Origin: Macrostomum lignano
Lineage: Eukaryota
DNA length: 64,000 bases
NCBI GenBank assembly: GCA_002269645.1
Contig: NIVC01000037.1
Span: 124,001-188,000 of the forward strand
Direction: 5' to 3'
The notes below the pieces were generated by a model that saw only the letters and a list, made by a program, of their open reading frames with translations, was not told the DNA's origin and made no database searches. The translations under genes were made by a program, and so were the position numbers. Shown in pieces: positions 37,202 through 47,905 of the stretch; positions within the stretch are counted from its first letter, which is position 1, and each line of letters starts with the position of its first letter.

Positions 37202-40200
37202 CATAGCTGATATACGTTTGCATTTACTCAAAAAGTACATTTTGCACTCAGATTGACAGCTGTCCATTACCAGAGGCATGTTGAACAGACTCTTGTACCG
37301 CCAGTCGCGGATCACTTCCAGGTCAAAGGTGGCTTTCATTTCCGGCTCGTCGAAGCAGGGGAAGGCCTTGCGAGCGGACACAGGCTCCATGTGGGTGGAG
37401 GCCATGTACCTGAGGGGATGGAAGAAGATGTTTCAGTGACTCGTGGATTGAGTAAAAAATCGTTGTTAGTAGGAAAGTAATTCCAGTTTCAGACTTAGAG
37501 GGACAAATGATTGGAGTGACAAATGCTTGGAGTGACAAATGCTTGGAGTGACAAATGGCTGGAGTGACAAAAGTTGGAGGGACAAATAGCTGTAGTAGCA
37601 ATGATTTTTGCGACAAATAGTTGGAGAGACAAATAGTTGTAGTGACAAATAGTTGGAGAGACAAATAGTTGGAGTGACAAATGGCTGGAGTGACAAATAG
37701 TTGGAGAGACAAATAGTTGGAGAGACAAATAGTTGGAGTGACAAATGGCTGGAGTGACAAAAGTTGGAGGGACAAATGGCTGGAGTGACGAATAGTTGTA
37801 GTGACAAATAGTTGGAGAGACAAATAGTTGGAGAGACAAATAGTTGTAGTGACAAATAGTTGGAGAGACAAATAGTTGTAGTGACAAATAGTTGGAGAGA
37901 CAAATAGTTGTAGTGACAAATAGTTGGAGAGACAAATAGTTGGAGTGACAATTAGTTGGAGTGACGAATAGTTGGAGTGACAAATGGCTGGAGTGACAAA
38001 AGTTGGAGTGACAAATGGCTGGAGTGACAAAAGTTGGAGGGACAAATGGCTGGAGTGACGAATAGTTGGAGAGACAATCAGTTAGAGTGAAAAATAGTTG
38101 GAGTGACAAATAGTTAGAGTGACAAATAGCTGGAGTGACGAATAGTTGGAGAGACAATTAGTTGGAGTCACAAATAGTTGGAGTGACAAATGGCTGGAGT
38201 GACAAATGGCTGGAGTGACAAATGGCTGGAGTGACAAATGGCTGGAGTGACAAATTACTGGAGTGACAAGTGGCTGGAGTGACAAATGGCTGGAGTGACA
38301 AATGGCTGGAGTGACAAGTGGCTGAAGTGAAAATCTGGCATAGGGAAATTGCATAGAGCGGCAGGGTAGCTACTTAAGTTGATTCCAGTTGAGAATGCGC
38401 AGCAACTCAAGCTGGCTCAAGGCGCAGATTTCTCTGTTACTACGAGTATAGCCCAGCGCCACTTCAGCAATGTAACACCCACCGCGTCAAGAGCTGAGGC
38501 CAGCTGGCGTGGATATGGGGAGAACGGGACACCCCCTGACCTGGCCTGAATAAGGGAAAGCATTGGTTAAAACAGCGAAACTGCCCAATCCCCCACACAA
38601 AAGCTGAAGCTCCAGTCCAGCCGGTGTATTTCAGCAGGGTCGGCTGGGGGGGGGGGGCGACGACTGCAGTAAAAAAGGAAAAGATTTGCGCAGAACTTTT
38701 GCAACGGGGAAAAGTTTCATAGAAAATAAATATTAGTGCCCGTTGCGGTTTGCCTGGGGCTGCCAGCTTAAACTGCCAGCCAGGTTTAGCGAGTCAGGAA
38801 GTTGAAGGGTTGCGGCTGGTTTCAGAGACTTGCGAATGAAAGGCAGCAACGACCATTCAGAGTTTCCGCCGATATGGACGAGTAGAAAGTGAACTTATAA
38901 ATACTGAATATGGAGGGCTGTGGGGCACCCTGGCATTCAGAGAGTGACATTCAGAGAGTGACATTCAGAGAGTGACATTCAGAGAGTGACATTCAGAGAG
39001 TGACATTCAGAGAGTGACATTCAGAGAGTGACATTCAAAGAGTGACATTCAGAGAGTGAAATTCAGAGAGTGACATTCAAAGAGTGAAATTTAGAGAGTG
39101 ACATTCAGAGAGTGACATTCAGAGAGTGACATTCAGAGAGTGACATTCAGAAAGTGACATTCAGAGAGTGACATTCAGAAAGTGACATTCAGAGAGTGAC
39201 ATTCAGATAGTGACATTCAGATAGTGACATTCAGAGAGTGACATTCAGAGAGTGACATTCAGATAGTGACATTCAGAGAGTGACATTCAGAGAGTGACAT
39301 TCAGAGAGTGACATTCAGAGAGTGAAATTCAGAGAATGACATTCAGAGAGTGAAATTCAGAGAGTGACATTCAGAGAGTGACATTCACAGAAAGGGAGAA
39401 ACGAAGTCACTATTGAGATACAGTGTGGCAATGCTGCACTGATCAAACCCTTCAGCTTTTACTGAGCAAACAGCAGGCGACACAAAATGGCGGCAAGAAC
39501 CGGGACTGGGCAATGAAATCGTCCCGTGAACTGAAGTCAAAGAGCGACTGGGATAGCGGGGGTTTTTGCAGACTAGTCTGACACTTCATCATGGTGTAGG
39601 AGGCTGAGGGGAGGCGTCAGCTGCCGGCGAAATCGGAATGGCTCTGACAGGACCGGCCCGGTGTGTTTGCGTTGCTACGCAGTTTTAGGTGGCAGATTGC
39701 CCACGTCGAAATGCGAGAATTGCTAGAGGGGGGGGGGCAGCATTAGGGAGAAAAATAAAGACACAGAAATCTGGATTAATGCTTTTTGGCCTTTCTGCTC
39801 GTGCATTATTGAATAGCAAGGAATCCCATCAGATTCTCTGGTACATTCCTGCATTCCCGGCCGTGAATAAAAAGGAAATGCCATTACGTGCTTAAGCCTC
39901 CGCGCACTTTTGAATGCAGTCAGCTTTATGTTTGGTTTTCATTTTATCTTTCCACTGTACTAAAAATCTGTGTGCTCACACTAGCAGCACTGATAGTCCC
40001 ACTGTGTGCTCACACTAGCAGCACTGATAGTCCCATTGTGTGCTCACACTAGCAGCACTGATAGTCCCGCTGTGTGCTCACACTAGCAGCACTGATAGTC
40101 CCGCTGTGTGCTCACACTAGCAGCACTGATAGTCCCGTTGTGTGCTCACACTAGCAGCACTGATAGTCCCGCTGTGTGCTCACACTAGCAGCACTGACAG

Positions 40201-40913
40201 TCCTACTGTTAAGCTATGAAAAGTATGAATCACACTCACCTGAGCGCCCTATTCTTGTCCTTGTACTTGGCCATGTAGAAACCGTCAAGTTTGTCTCCCT
40301 CAATTTCGCGTTCGAAACTCAACGACACGTTGAGCAGTTCTCCGGTTGTGCACTGTCGGCTGACCCTGATGTAAAGCAGGTCCAGGCTGGGGCAGCGCTG
40401 TCTGGACACTTCGTCTAGCCGCTGGGCCGCCGTCACAGTCAGGTCGGAGATGCGGATGCCGGCACCGACATGGAAGATGATAGCGTCTGTTGGCCTTGAG
40501 CAGTTTAGCATCATCTTTACGCGACCAAAGTTGACAGATGTCTTCTGACCCTGGCTGGGTAGAACCGGCCTCACCAGCAGTTGGTAGCTGATGGGCAACA
40601 GCGATTTCGGCAACCGGATGTCCTGGTGCTGGCAGGCTTTTCCTGATTCGTCAAGGTAAACTGCCCGAGTTAGAGATTTAGGCGACCTGCGCGACTGCAG
40701 CCCGTCCGACTCTGAGGCGCCGTTGTCGCAACTTCTCGACGCTAGGAGGCCGAGAAGGATAACGATGGTGATGACAGCGATAAGGAGCAGCAGGCACGCG
40801 AGTGCCAGCAGGCGCTTTGATGAGCTCGGCTTTGCCTGACTTGACTGCTGCTGCTGCGGTTTGTCTGCTGGAGGGGCAGCGGCGAGACTTCCGTCTGATT
40901 TTGCGATGCACAT
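23944..40913 (-). CDS. M1-family zinc aminopeptidase (aminopeptidase N/A-like type II membrane protein), 15 exons, ~991 aa
   Basis: Exons 40913-40240, 37409-37271, 36385-36212, 34207-34087, 33883-33729, 31485-31372, 30995-30726, 30290-30088, 29430-29235, 28600-28542, 27770-27534, 26808-26701, 26306-26139, 24999-24792 and 24093-23944. All are GT-AG with consistent phases (2976 nt total). Features: N-terminal TM helix, [39 protein letters not shown]-x-WLNE zinc motif, catalytic Tyr in [17 protein letters not shown], and C-terminal ERAP1-like domain ending VKANINWI. Confidence 0.95.
24196..24770. repeat. 19/20-bp minisatellite (ACACAAAATCCGACATCTG), aminopeptidase intron 14
   Basis: Tandem units visible, with a second sub-family on the left. 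Confidence 0.93.
25025..25882. repeat. 23/27-bp minisatellite (TGACTGACTGACATCTCAYACCACTGC), intron 13
   Basis: Tandem units visible directly. Confidence 0.95.
25896..26111. repeat. 34-bp minisatellite (GAGTCATCGCATCTCTCTCCCACCCCAKTGGTCT), intron 13
   Basis: About 6 units, the same unit as at 30373-30569. Confidence 0.95.
26310..26672. repeat. 16-bp minisatellite (GGATCCAGGTGGGTGR), intron 12
   Basis: Fills almost the entire 394-bp intron. Confidence 0.95.
26865..27417. repeat. 45-bp minisatellite (TCACACTATTTGAGAATCTCACCCTGAGAATCTACTACTGAAAGC), intron 11
   Basis: Period 45 (26941, 26986...). Confidence 0.93.
27794..28401. repeat. 76-bp minisatellite, 8 copies, intron 10
   Basis: GACAGTGAACCCGCAGCC... 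at 27794, 27870, 27946 and onward. Confidence 0.96.
28640..29100. repeat. 9-11-bp AGATCT-rich repeat (ATAGATCTCAG / ATAGATCTC), intron 9
   Basis: Tandem, degenerate at the edges. Confidence 0.9.
29490..30075. repeat. 20-bp minisatellite (AACTCGATTCTACAATCACC), intron 8
   Basis: Period 20, about 29 units. Confidence 0.96.
30373..30569. repeat. 34-bp minisatellite, intron 7 (same unit as intron 13)
   Basis: About 6 units of GAGTCATCGCATCTCTCTCCCACCCCAGTGGTCT. Confidence 0.95.
31055..31345. repeat. TC-rich low-complexity repeat, intron 6
   Basis: TTCCCT / TCTCTTCCCTGCTCT iterations. Confidence 0.85.
31535..31921. repeat. (AATC)n microsatellite, intron 5
   Basis: Visible directly. Confidence 0.97.
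32175..32308. repeat. Second (AATC)n microsatellite, intron 5
   Basis: Visible directly. Confidence 0.95.
32790..33595. repeat. 24-bp minisatellite (ATGGTGTCTATGGTCAAATCCTCA), intron 5
   Basis: Period 24 (33001, 33025...). Confidence 0.96.
34247..36150. repeat. 12-bp minisatellite (CTCTCTTCTCTG with CTCAA/CTAAT variants), ~1.9 kb, intron 3
   Basis: Tandem units with recurring variant blocks. Confidence 0.97.
36496..37200. repeat. (CTAA)n microsatellite, intron 2
   Basis: About 175 units with CTAG and CTGA interruptions. Confidence 0.97.
37500..38330. repeat. 16-bp minisatellite (GAGTGACAAATAGTTG / GAGTGACAAATGGCTG), intron 1
   Basis: Tandem units visible directly. Confidence 0.95.
38933..39388. 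repeat. 14-bp minisatellite (GAGTGACATTCAGA), intron 1
   Basis: About 32 units. Confidence 0.96.
39969..40203. repeat. 34-bp minisatellite (TGTGTGCTCACACTAGCAGCACTGATAGTCCCRY), intron 1
   Basis: About 7 units, ending ~35 bp from the exon 1 donor. Confidence 0.95.
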
Positions 40914-40971
40914 TGTAAAGAATTTTAGTGTTTTTTAAGTGTTCCTATGGTAACTGACAGAATGCATACCA

Positions 40972-41455
40972 TTGGTGTCTATGGGTGCTATTGGTGTGTC
41001 TATGGGTGCTATTGGTGTGTCTATGGGTGCTGTTGGTGTGTCTATGGGTGCTGTTAGTGTGTCTATTGGTGCTATTGGTGTGTCTATGGGTGCTGTTGGT
41101 GTGTCTATGGGTGCTGTTGGTGTGTCTATGGGTGCTATTGGTGTATGTATGGGTGCTATTGGTGTGTCTATGGGTGCTATTGGTGTGTCTATTGGTGCTA
41201 TTGGTGTGTCTATGGGTGCTATTGGTGTGTCTATGGGTGCTGTTGGTGTGTCTATGGGTGCTATTGGTGTGTCTATTGGTGCTATTGGTGTGTCTATGGG
41301 TGCTATTGGTGTGTCTATGGGTGCTGTTGGTGTGTCTATGGGTGCTGTTGGTGTGTCTATGGGTGCTGCTGTTGGTGTGTCTATGGGTGTTGCTGGTGAG
41401 TGTGTCCATGGGTGCTGTGGGTGAGTGTGTCCATGGGTGCTGTGGGTGAGTGTGC
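40972..41455. repeat. 21-bp minisatellite (ATGGGTGCTATTGGTGTGTCT) ~60 bp upstream of the aminopeptidase ATG
   Basis: Tandem units visible directly. Confidence 0.95.
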
Positions 41456-42471
41456 CTGCATATCGCCTGTACGAGCTGCATACCCCATATTGGCAAAGCG
41501 AGCTGGCTTCATAAATTAGCCAGTTCATCATCCCGTGGGAAGCAGCCGAGCCCCTTTAGACAGCAGGCAAGCAAACTCAGATTGGCTACTCGTCAGTCAG
41601 CTGGGCCAACTCGCACTACTTAAACAAAACAGGTTGAGCACAAGCAATCAGGCAGATGAAAGTCTGAGCAGCTTACTGCCGCCCAGTGCCTGAGCGCAAA
41701 CACACGCTGCTCGGCGAAAAAGAGAGTGGCAGGACTTACTCTCAGACTTCTGGGTCAAACAGAAGTAAAGTTTTTTCTTATTTTCGTGCTCAACCGACTG
41801 AGCCTAGCTTTCATCACGCGCTGTTGTCATCGAAATATTTACTAATGCAGTCTTGAACAATGGAAGCTGCATATAATTTATTCTGATAATTAACGGTGGA
41901 ACTGGCTGATGAAGAGGAACCGGGACCTCCCTAATTACATTTCTCTGTTGCACGCAAAACTCCTGGACACACTGGGCTGACTGGAGGAAGTTTATTAGCG
42001 CGTTTTAAAAGAAAAGTTTCTTAATTTCCACAGTTTGGTGAAATAGTTTGGTGTAGGATCGTAAAAATTTATCATTTTATTAATAGGCTTTTGAACTTTC
42101 GTAGGATTCTGACTACTTAAAACTCGCTGCTATAAGTGAATGCGAATTACAAAATCTGCGTAGACAAGTCTGGAAGAAGATTTATGCAAGTCTTGTCTGC
42201 CTACGAGGTTGAATTTTTCTGCAGCAATACATAAGGTGTGTCTGTTCATACGAAAATAAATCATCTCGGAGGCATCACTATTGTGCAGCTTGTTGGCTAG
42301 AGGCCATATGCAGTCGGGTTCCACCTTTGAACTGCGCTCTTAGCTGGGAGAGGGGAGAGGGTAAAAAAATCGCGAATCGGCCCAGTTGAACAAACAGAAA
42401 CTGCGACTAAACCGTGCAGTAGGCCCTAAGATTTCCAAGAGGTTTGGCTGTGCGGAGCCCCTGTGTTGGCA

Positions 42472-43515
42472 TCCGGGTTTCATCTGATTAGCATCCGGGT
42501 TGCATCTGATTAGCATCCGGGTTGCATCTGATTAGCATCTGGGTTGCATCTGATTAGCATCTGGGTTGCATCTGATGTGCATCCGGGTTGCATTTGATTA
42601 GCATCTGGGTTGCATCTGATTAGCATCCGGGTTGCATCTGATTAGCATCCGGGTTGCATTTGATTAGCATCTGGGTTGCATCTGATTAGCATCCGGGTTG
42701 CATCTGATTAGCATCCGGGTTGCATCTGATTAGCATCCGGTTTGCATCTGATCAGCATCCGGTTTGCATCTGATTAGCATCCGGTTTGCATCTGATTAGC
42801 ATCCGGTTTGCATCTGATTAGCATCCGGGTTGCATCTGATTAGCATCCGGGTTGTATTTGATTAGCATCCGGTTTGCATCTGATTAGCATCCGGGTTGCA
42901 TCTGATTAGCATCCGGTTTGCATCTGATTAGCATCCGGGTTGTATTTGATTAGCATCCGGGTTGCATCTGATTAGCATCCGGGTTGCATCTGATCAGCAT
43001 CCGATTTGCATCTGATTAGCATCCGGGTTGTATTTGATTAGCATCCGGGTTGCATTTGATCAGCATCCGGGTTGCATCTGATTAGCATCCGGATTGCATT
43101 TGATTAGCATCCGGATTGCATCTGATTAGCATCCGGTTTGCATCTGATCAGCATCCGGGTTGTATTTGATTAGCATCCGGGTTGCATCTGATTAGCATCC
43201 GGGTTGCATCTGATTAGCATCCGGGTTGCATCTGATTAGCATCCGGTTTGCATCTGATTAGCATCCGGGTTGTATTTGATTAGCATCCGGGTTGCATCTG
43301 ATTAGCATCCGGGTTGCATCTGATTAGCATCCGGGTTGCATCTGATTAGCATCCGGGTTGTATTTGATTAGCATCCGGGTTGCATCTGATTAGCATCCGG
43401 TTTGCATCTGATTAGCATCCGGTTTGCATTTGATCAGCATCCGGTTTGCATCTGATTAGCATCTGGGTTGCATCCGGGTTTCATTCGGGTTTCATTTGGG
43501 TTGCATTCGGGTTTC
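42472..43515. repeat. 22-bp minisatellite (GCATCCGGGTTGCATCTGATTA)
   Basis: About 45 units, degenerating at the right edge. Confidence 0.96.
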
Positions 43516-43666
43516 ATTCGGGTTTCATTTGGGTTGGATCCAAATCTAGGACTTCCAAGGACTTGCGCACAAACGTCCGAAAGGGCGAACTGTATAAATT
43601 CGAACTCATGTGTGCATTCACAAATCGATACGAAATTCACTTTTTTGGCGCACCAAGCGGATTAGC

Positions 43667-44157
43667 ATGGATTCTCTCTATCACTGCTGCCCCAGCAGCT
43701 GCACAAATGCTGATGCTATTGTCCAAACCGCGAACGGTGGCTTGTTTAAAATACGAATTCATCACTGCATCTGCATTGTGGGTGCAGATTGTCCAATTCA
43801 TGGACAACCCTCGCTCTCGGTGAGGTGAATAATGCAAGGTCGAGCAATGACAATAATGATTGGCGAGCCCCGGAGAGGGGACGAGACGAGGCAGACAGTT
43901 GCACTTTGAGGAGGTTGCTGAGTAGTTGCTGCAATCAAGGTTTGCAGCACGCGGCTCTGCCCCAGAGATTGGCGCCTTCTCGTCCACTCCGAGTCTCTGT
44001 CTACTCGGTCCTAGCCTCCTCTCCCCAGCTCATTGATGGGGCTTGCACTGCCGTCGTGGACTCAAGCCGTAACCTTTTAGTATCCGCATCAGGTCGAGTT
44101 TCGCACCTGAGGCTCCCTTTGCAAACTGGGGTTGAGCTTGGGGCTCAGCCCGACTGA
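43667..44157 (+). CDS. Candidate small Cys-rich protein, 2 exons (43667-43819, 44029-44157), 93 aa
   Basis: ATG at 43667 is preceded by a T-rich AG (CACTTTTTTGGCGCACCAAG). The donor TCG|GTGAGG and the strong acceptor CCTCCTCTCCCCAG| are both phase 0, and the join is open to TGA at 44157. No homology recognised. Confidence 0.3.
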
Positions 44158-45325
44158 ATTTATGAGTTTCCCAGCTATCAAATTTCGGACAGATTTTTCA
44201 GGTTCCGGTACATTAAAAAGAAAAAATGCAGGTAGTAATAAGATTAAACCATATTTAGCGAAATATTCCTATAAAATGTATGAGGATTTGAGTTGGATAG
44301 ATATTTGAATCATAGAAGCATTTCTCAATTGACTAGAAACAGTAGCTTATGCGTGAGGCTGGTGATACCATGAATATTTTAATTATTTGTTTGAATCCAT
44401 ATATATCCCACAATGAGTCGGTTTCTTTTCTTTGGGCATTTCATTTGAAATATCAAAAAATTAAGAAACTACCCCAGTTTCAATTAAATATTTTTTTTGG
44501 TTATCTAGAAGTTAAATTCCATTTTATCTCATTTAAAAAGAAATTCACACTTTTTTTAATTAAAAATTAAATAAGTTTTTCTGTGTGTATTAGTTGACAT
44601 AAAAATAGCCACAAACAAACTCTCACCTGATGAAGAAACATGGTTCTCGCAGCCATCTGAAATAAAACATCCATAGTTCTTAGAGTTTTTGGACTAGCTT
44701 TGTTAGTAATATGAATAGCCAATAAAATTATGTCTTTATTGAAGGGCGAAATTGGATTTTAGATTCATTTTTAATATAAAATAAGGTGCAAGAACAAGAT
44801 GGCCACTTCCACAACATTAAATCTCCATTATAACTGCTTTCTCTCTAACAATAAATAGCAACTTAATAGCAATTGTTTTATTATCATGCATTATTTTGTT
44901 TTAATCAATCATATTTTATAAATATTAATACAATAATAGATTTGAAACGGTTTATTCATAATATAAAAACTTTAATCTTTTTAGTGTTTGTGCCAATTTA
45001 TTCCCATAAGGCCATATATATCAAATATATCACTATCAGTTTATTAAGAAACCATTGCTAATAATAATGCTATGCAAAAATGAGATAAATATGCAACAAG
45101 GTATTTATTATATGCTTGGCTACTTGCTTTATTTAGTAAATAAACATCTATAGGTCAAGCTACAATAAAAGCTAGGCCTAAAAACAAGGGGAATGATTAT
45201 AGTGTAATATAATTCCATTTTAGCATCTATCTTCCTAATTATTACCAAAAGGAAAATGGTTCCAAATGAGTGAAATATATAGACCTATACTTAATATTAT
45301 TTATTTTAATTTAGAAATTTAGATC

Positions 45326-45388
45326 TGTGGTCATCTTGGTGTGTGGCCATCTTGGCGTGTGGCCATCTTGGTGTGTGGCCATCTTGGT
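45326..45388. repeat. Incipient 16-bp array (GTGGCCATCTTGGYGT), 4 copies
   Basis: Visible directly within AT-rich DNA. Confidence 0.85.
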
Positions 45389-47185
45389 CATGTGCCTAAA
45401 ATAATGCCATTTTTTGTTTTTTCTTTTCTACCAGTAAAGGTTGTGTGGCAATGATAATTAATGCTTGTTGAGAAAATGCAGATGGCTTAACACAATTTAT
45501 ATTTTGACATTAAAATTATTTAAATGACAATTCTATCAATAATTAACAGCCTTAAGCTTCCATGTACAACGATATCTTACCTGAAGCTGACTTTAGAGGT
45601 AAAATTTGTACTTCTTCTACATTTTCCATTGTGAGTCCTCAGTTATTGAACAGCTTTAAAATTTTTATTCTGGAGAATTGTGCTAGAAGCTTACATATTT
45701 TACTGCGTGAATATGGTTTTGTATAAAATAAATGTTTTAGATGATGCCTGTATTTAAAAAAAATGCGTTCGGGCAAATCCTTGAAACGCTGCAATCTTTT
45801 TATTTTCGTCCGATACTTACTTACTATAACAAAAGTTATTAGAAATCGAAACTGCACTTACGAGTAGTACCTAATCAGAATGGTATTTCCGATAAAAGTC
45901 TATTTTTTAGATTTTTTAAGAGAACCTAGTTATGCTTTTTTATTTTTAGTAGCCATACATCATTTACGACTGCGTTAACTTCCCAATCAAAATCTGGTGC
46001 AGTCTATTCACGGATCAAAGGATTCTATTGCTTTCATTTAAATTAACTTCACTGTAAAATACTAGCAGCATGAAAATATCAATTGTTATTATTCTCATAG
46101 TACCGTATTGTAGTATTCTTAGAACCTTTGTTAACCTTAACCTTAAATTAGTTCTGTAAGATCGAACTGAAGGGACTTGTGTGTGTAATGCGGCTTGATT
46201 AAAAAAGGACAAAGTGATTAGTGTGATCCTATTAATTATTGGCATTTCAAAAAGCTACACCTATGCTAGCAGTAAGAAGTGAAACTTAATTCAGAAGTAG
46301 ACCTGGAACTTCAGCTTGTCTTTTAGCAAGAGTTGAAAGCGAGTTTGTTTAAAAGAGGCTCAAACTAGCTGAAAATAAAGTGAAATTATCCATAGAAATA
46401 AATAACGCTTTGAAAGTCGTATTTGCAAAGCATGCTTGATTTATGTCAGTTTCATGTAGTACAGAAATTACTGTGGTTGGTGATTACCACCTATATGCGT
46501 ACGGTTTTTTGCAACGTTTCATCTCTCCTCCGTTTGTTTTGAAATAGTCACGTACGACTCTTCCTAGCACCAATATATGACACAAGAGTTGCAAATAAGC
46601 AAATGAAAATTATATTAACACGCCGTGGCTGTGTTACCTCACAAAACATCAGTCTGACACAAACAGGTTTTAGCATTAGCCCAGCCAAAGAAAGACTAAT
46701 TTAATTACTAAATACTATATGGATGAAGGAAAATAAAGTATCGATTTAGCATCGCGAATCTGCTAAATGTCTGCTATTTAATAAATTTTGGGTGTATCTA
46801 TCTATAATTTTCAGTGGTGTCGTTGATGCTTAATTAAACTTTTTCCGCCATGAACTTTTCAACGAATGACTCACAATGGAAATTATGATAACATGCCTAA
46901 TTTTTTCGGAATGAGTTTACCCTGAAATTCGGGAAAACTTTCAAAAGCTGTCATTTTTTAAATAAGCATCTCCACTATTATCTCTCATCCACCTGTCAAG
47001 CTTCAGTGCTGGCGCTTCATTTATTGAGCTGGAAACTCAGGCACTGGGACAAGGGCCTTTTGTAAGGCCGAGTTGAGAACTCAGGGACTGGGACAAGGGT
47101 CTCTAGATGAGGCTGAGCTGGGAACTCAGATACCAGGATGGGGATCGCAGGGATTTCACGCAAGTCTGACTAAGCGCCTTGGCAA

Positions 47186-47870
47186 TCAGTTGGTGTCGGA
47201 GTGGCAGGACTGGCTCCGGCTGGTGCAGGGCGCGCGCAGCTGGCCGCTGGCAAAGGCGTGCAGGAAGGCCTCCAGCTGGTGCAGAGTGAGCGAGTTGTGC
47301 AGCGTCTCCAGCGGATAAATCTCTGGAACCCGCGGCGCGGCGGCCAGCTGCTTCGTCTGCTCGACTCCGCCAGCTGTGATGGTCGCCGCTCCGTCGCTGG
47401 CTGTCGGCGAAGACGACAACGATGGAGCCGTGGCGAAGGAAGCGACGGACTTGAAGGCGGACTGCTCGGCCGGCTGAACGTCCGGGTCGGAGCCGCGGAT
47501 GAGGCTGGTGGAGATGAGGTTCCTGGAATAGGCGCTTGCTGAGGGGCCTGGAATACATAGAGAGGAGATTCGCTCGTTAGATGGTTTGCAACGGTAACTT
47601 ATAGCGCTTATTGAATAAGGCATGTCGATTCCGCTGAGCCATGAGCACTGACGCAGGAGTGCACTTTGACATTGTGAAGTCTCGATGATACTTCGTACCT
47701 ACAGATTGTTCTCACCTGGCCTCAACAGAGACTTGGGGATGATGTTGCCGAAAATACGTCGAAGGTCTTCCGACCCGTGATAGGTTCCGTAGTTGAAGGA
47801 CAACTCAGGAGTCAACTCGTTCTCGCTGATGGTTCGCTGCTGTTGCTGCTGTTGTTGTTGTTGCTGTTGC

Positions 47871-47905
<35 letters not shown>

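Noticed and set aside
39484-39494. YY1-like AAAATGGCGGC motif as an internal promoter
   Set aside because: It is a single short motif with no other support.
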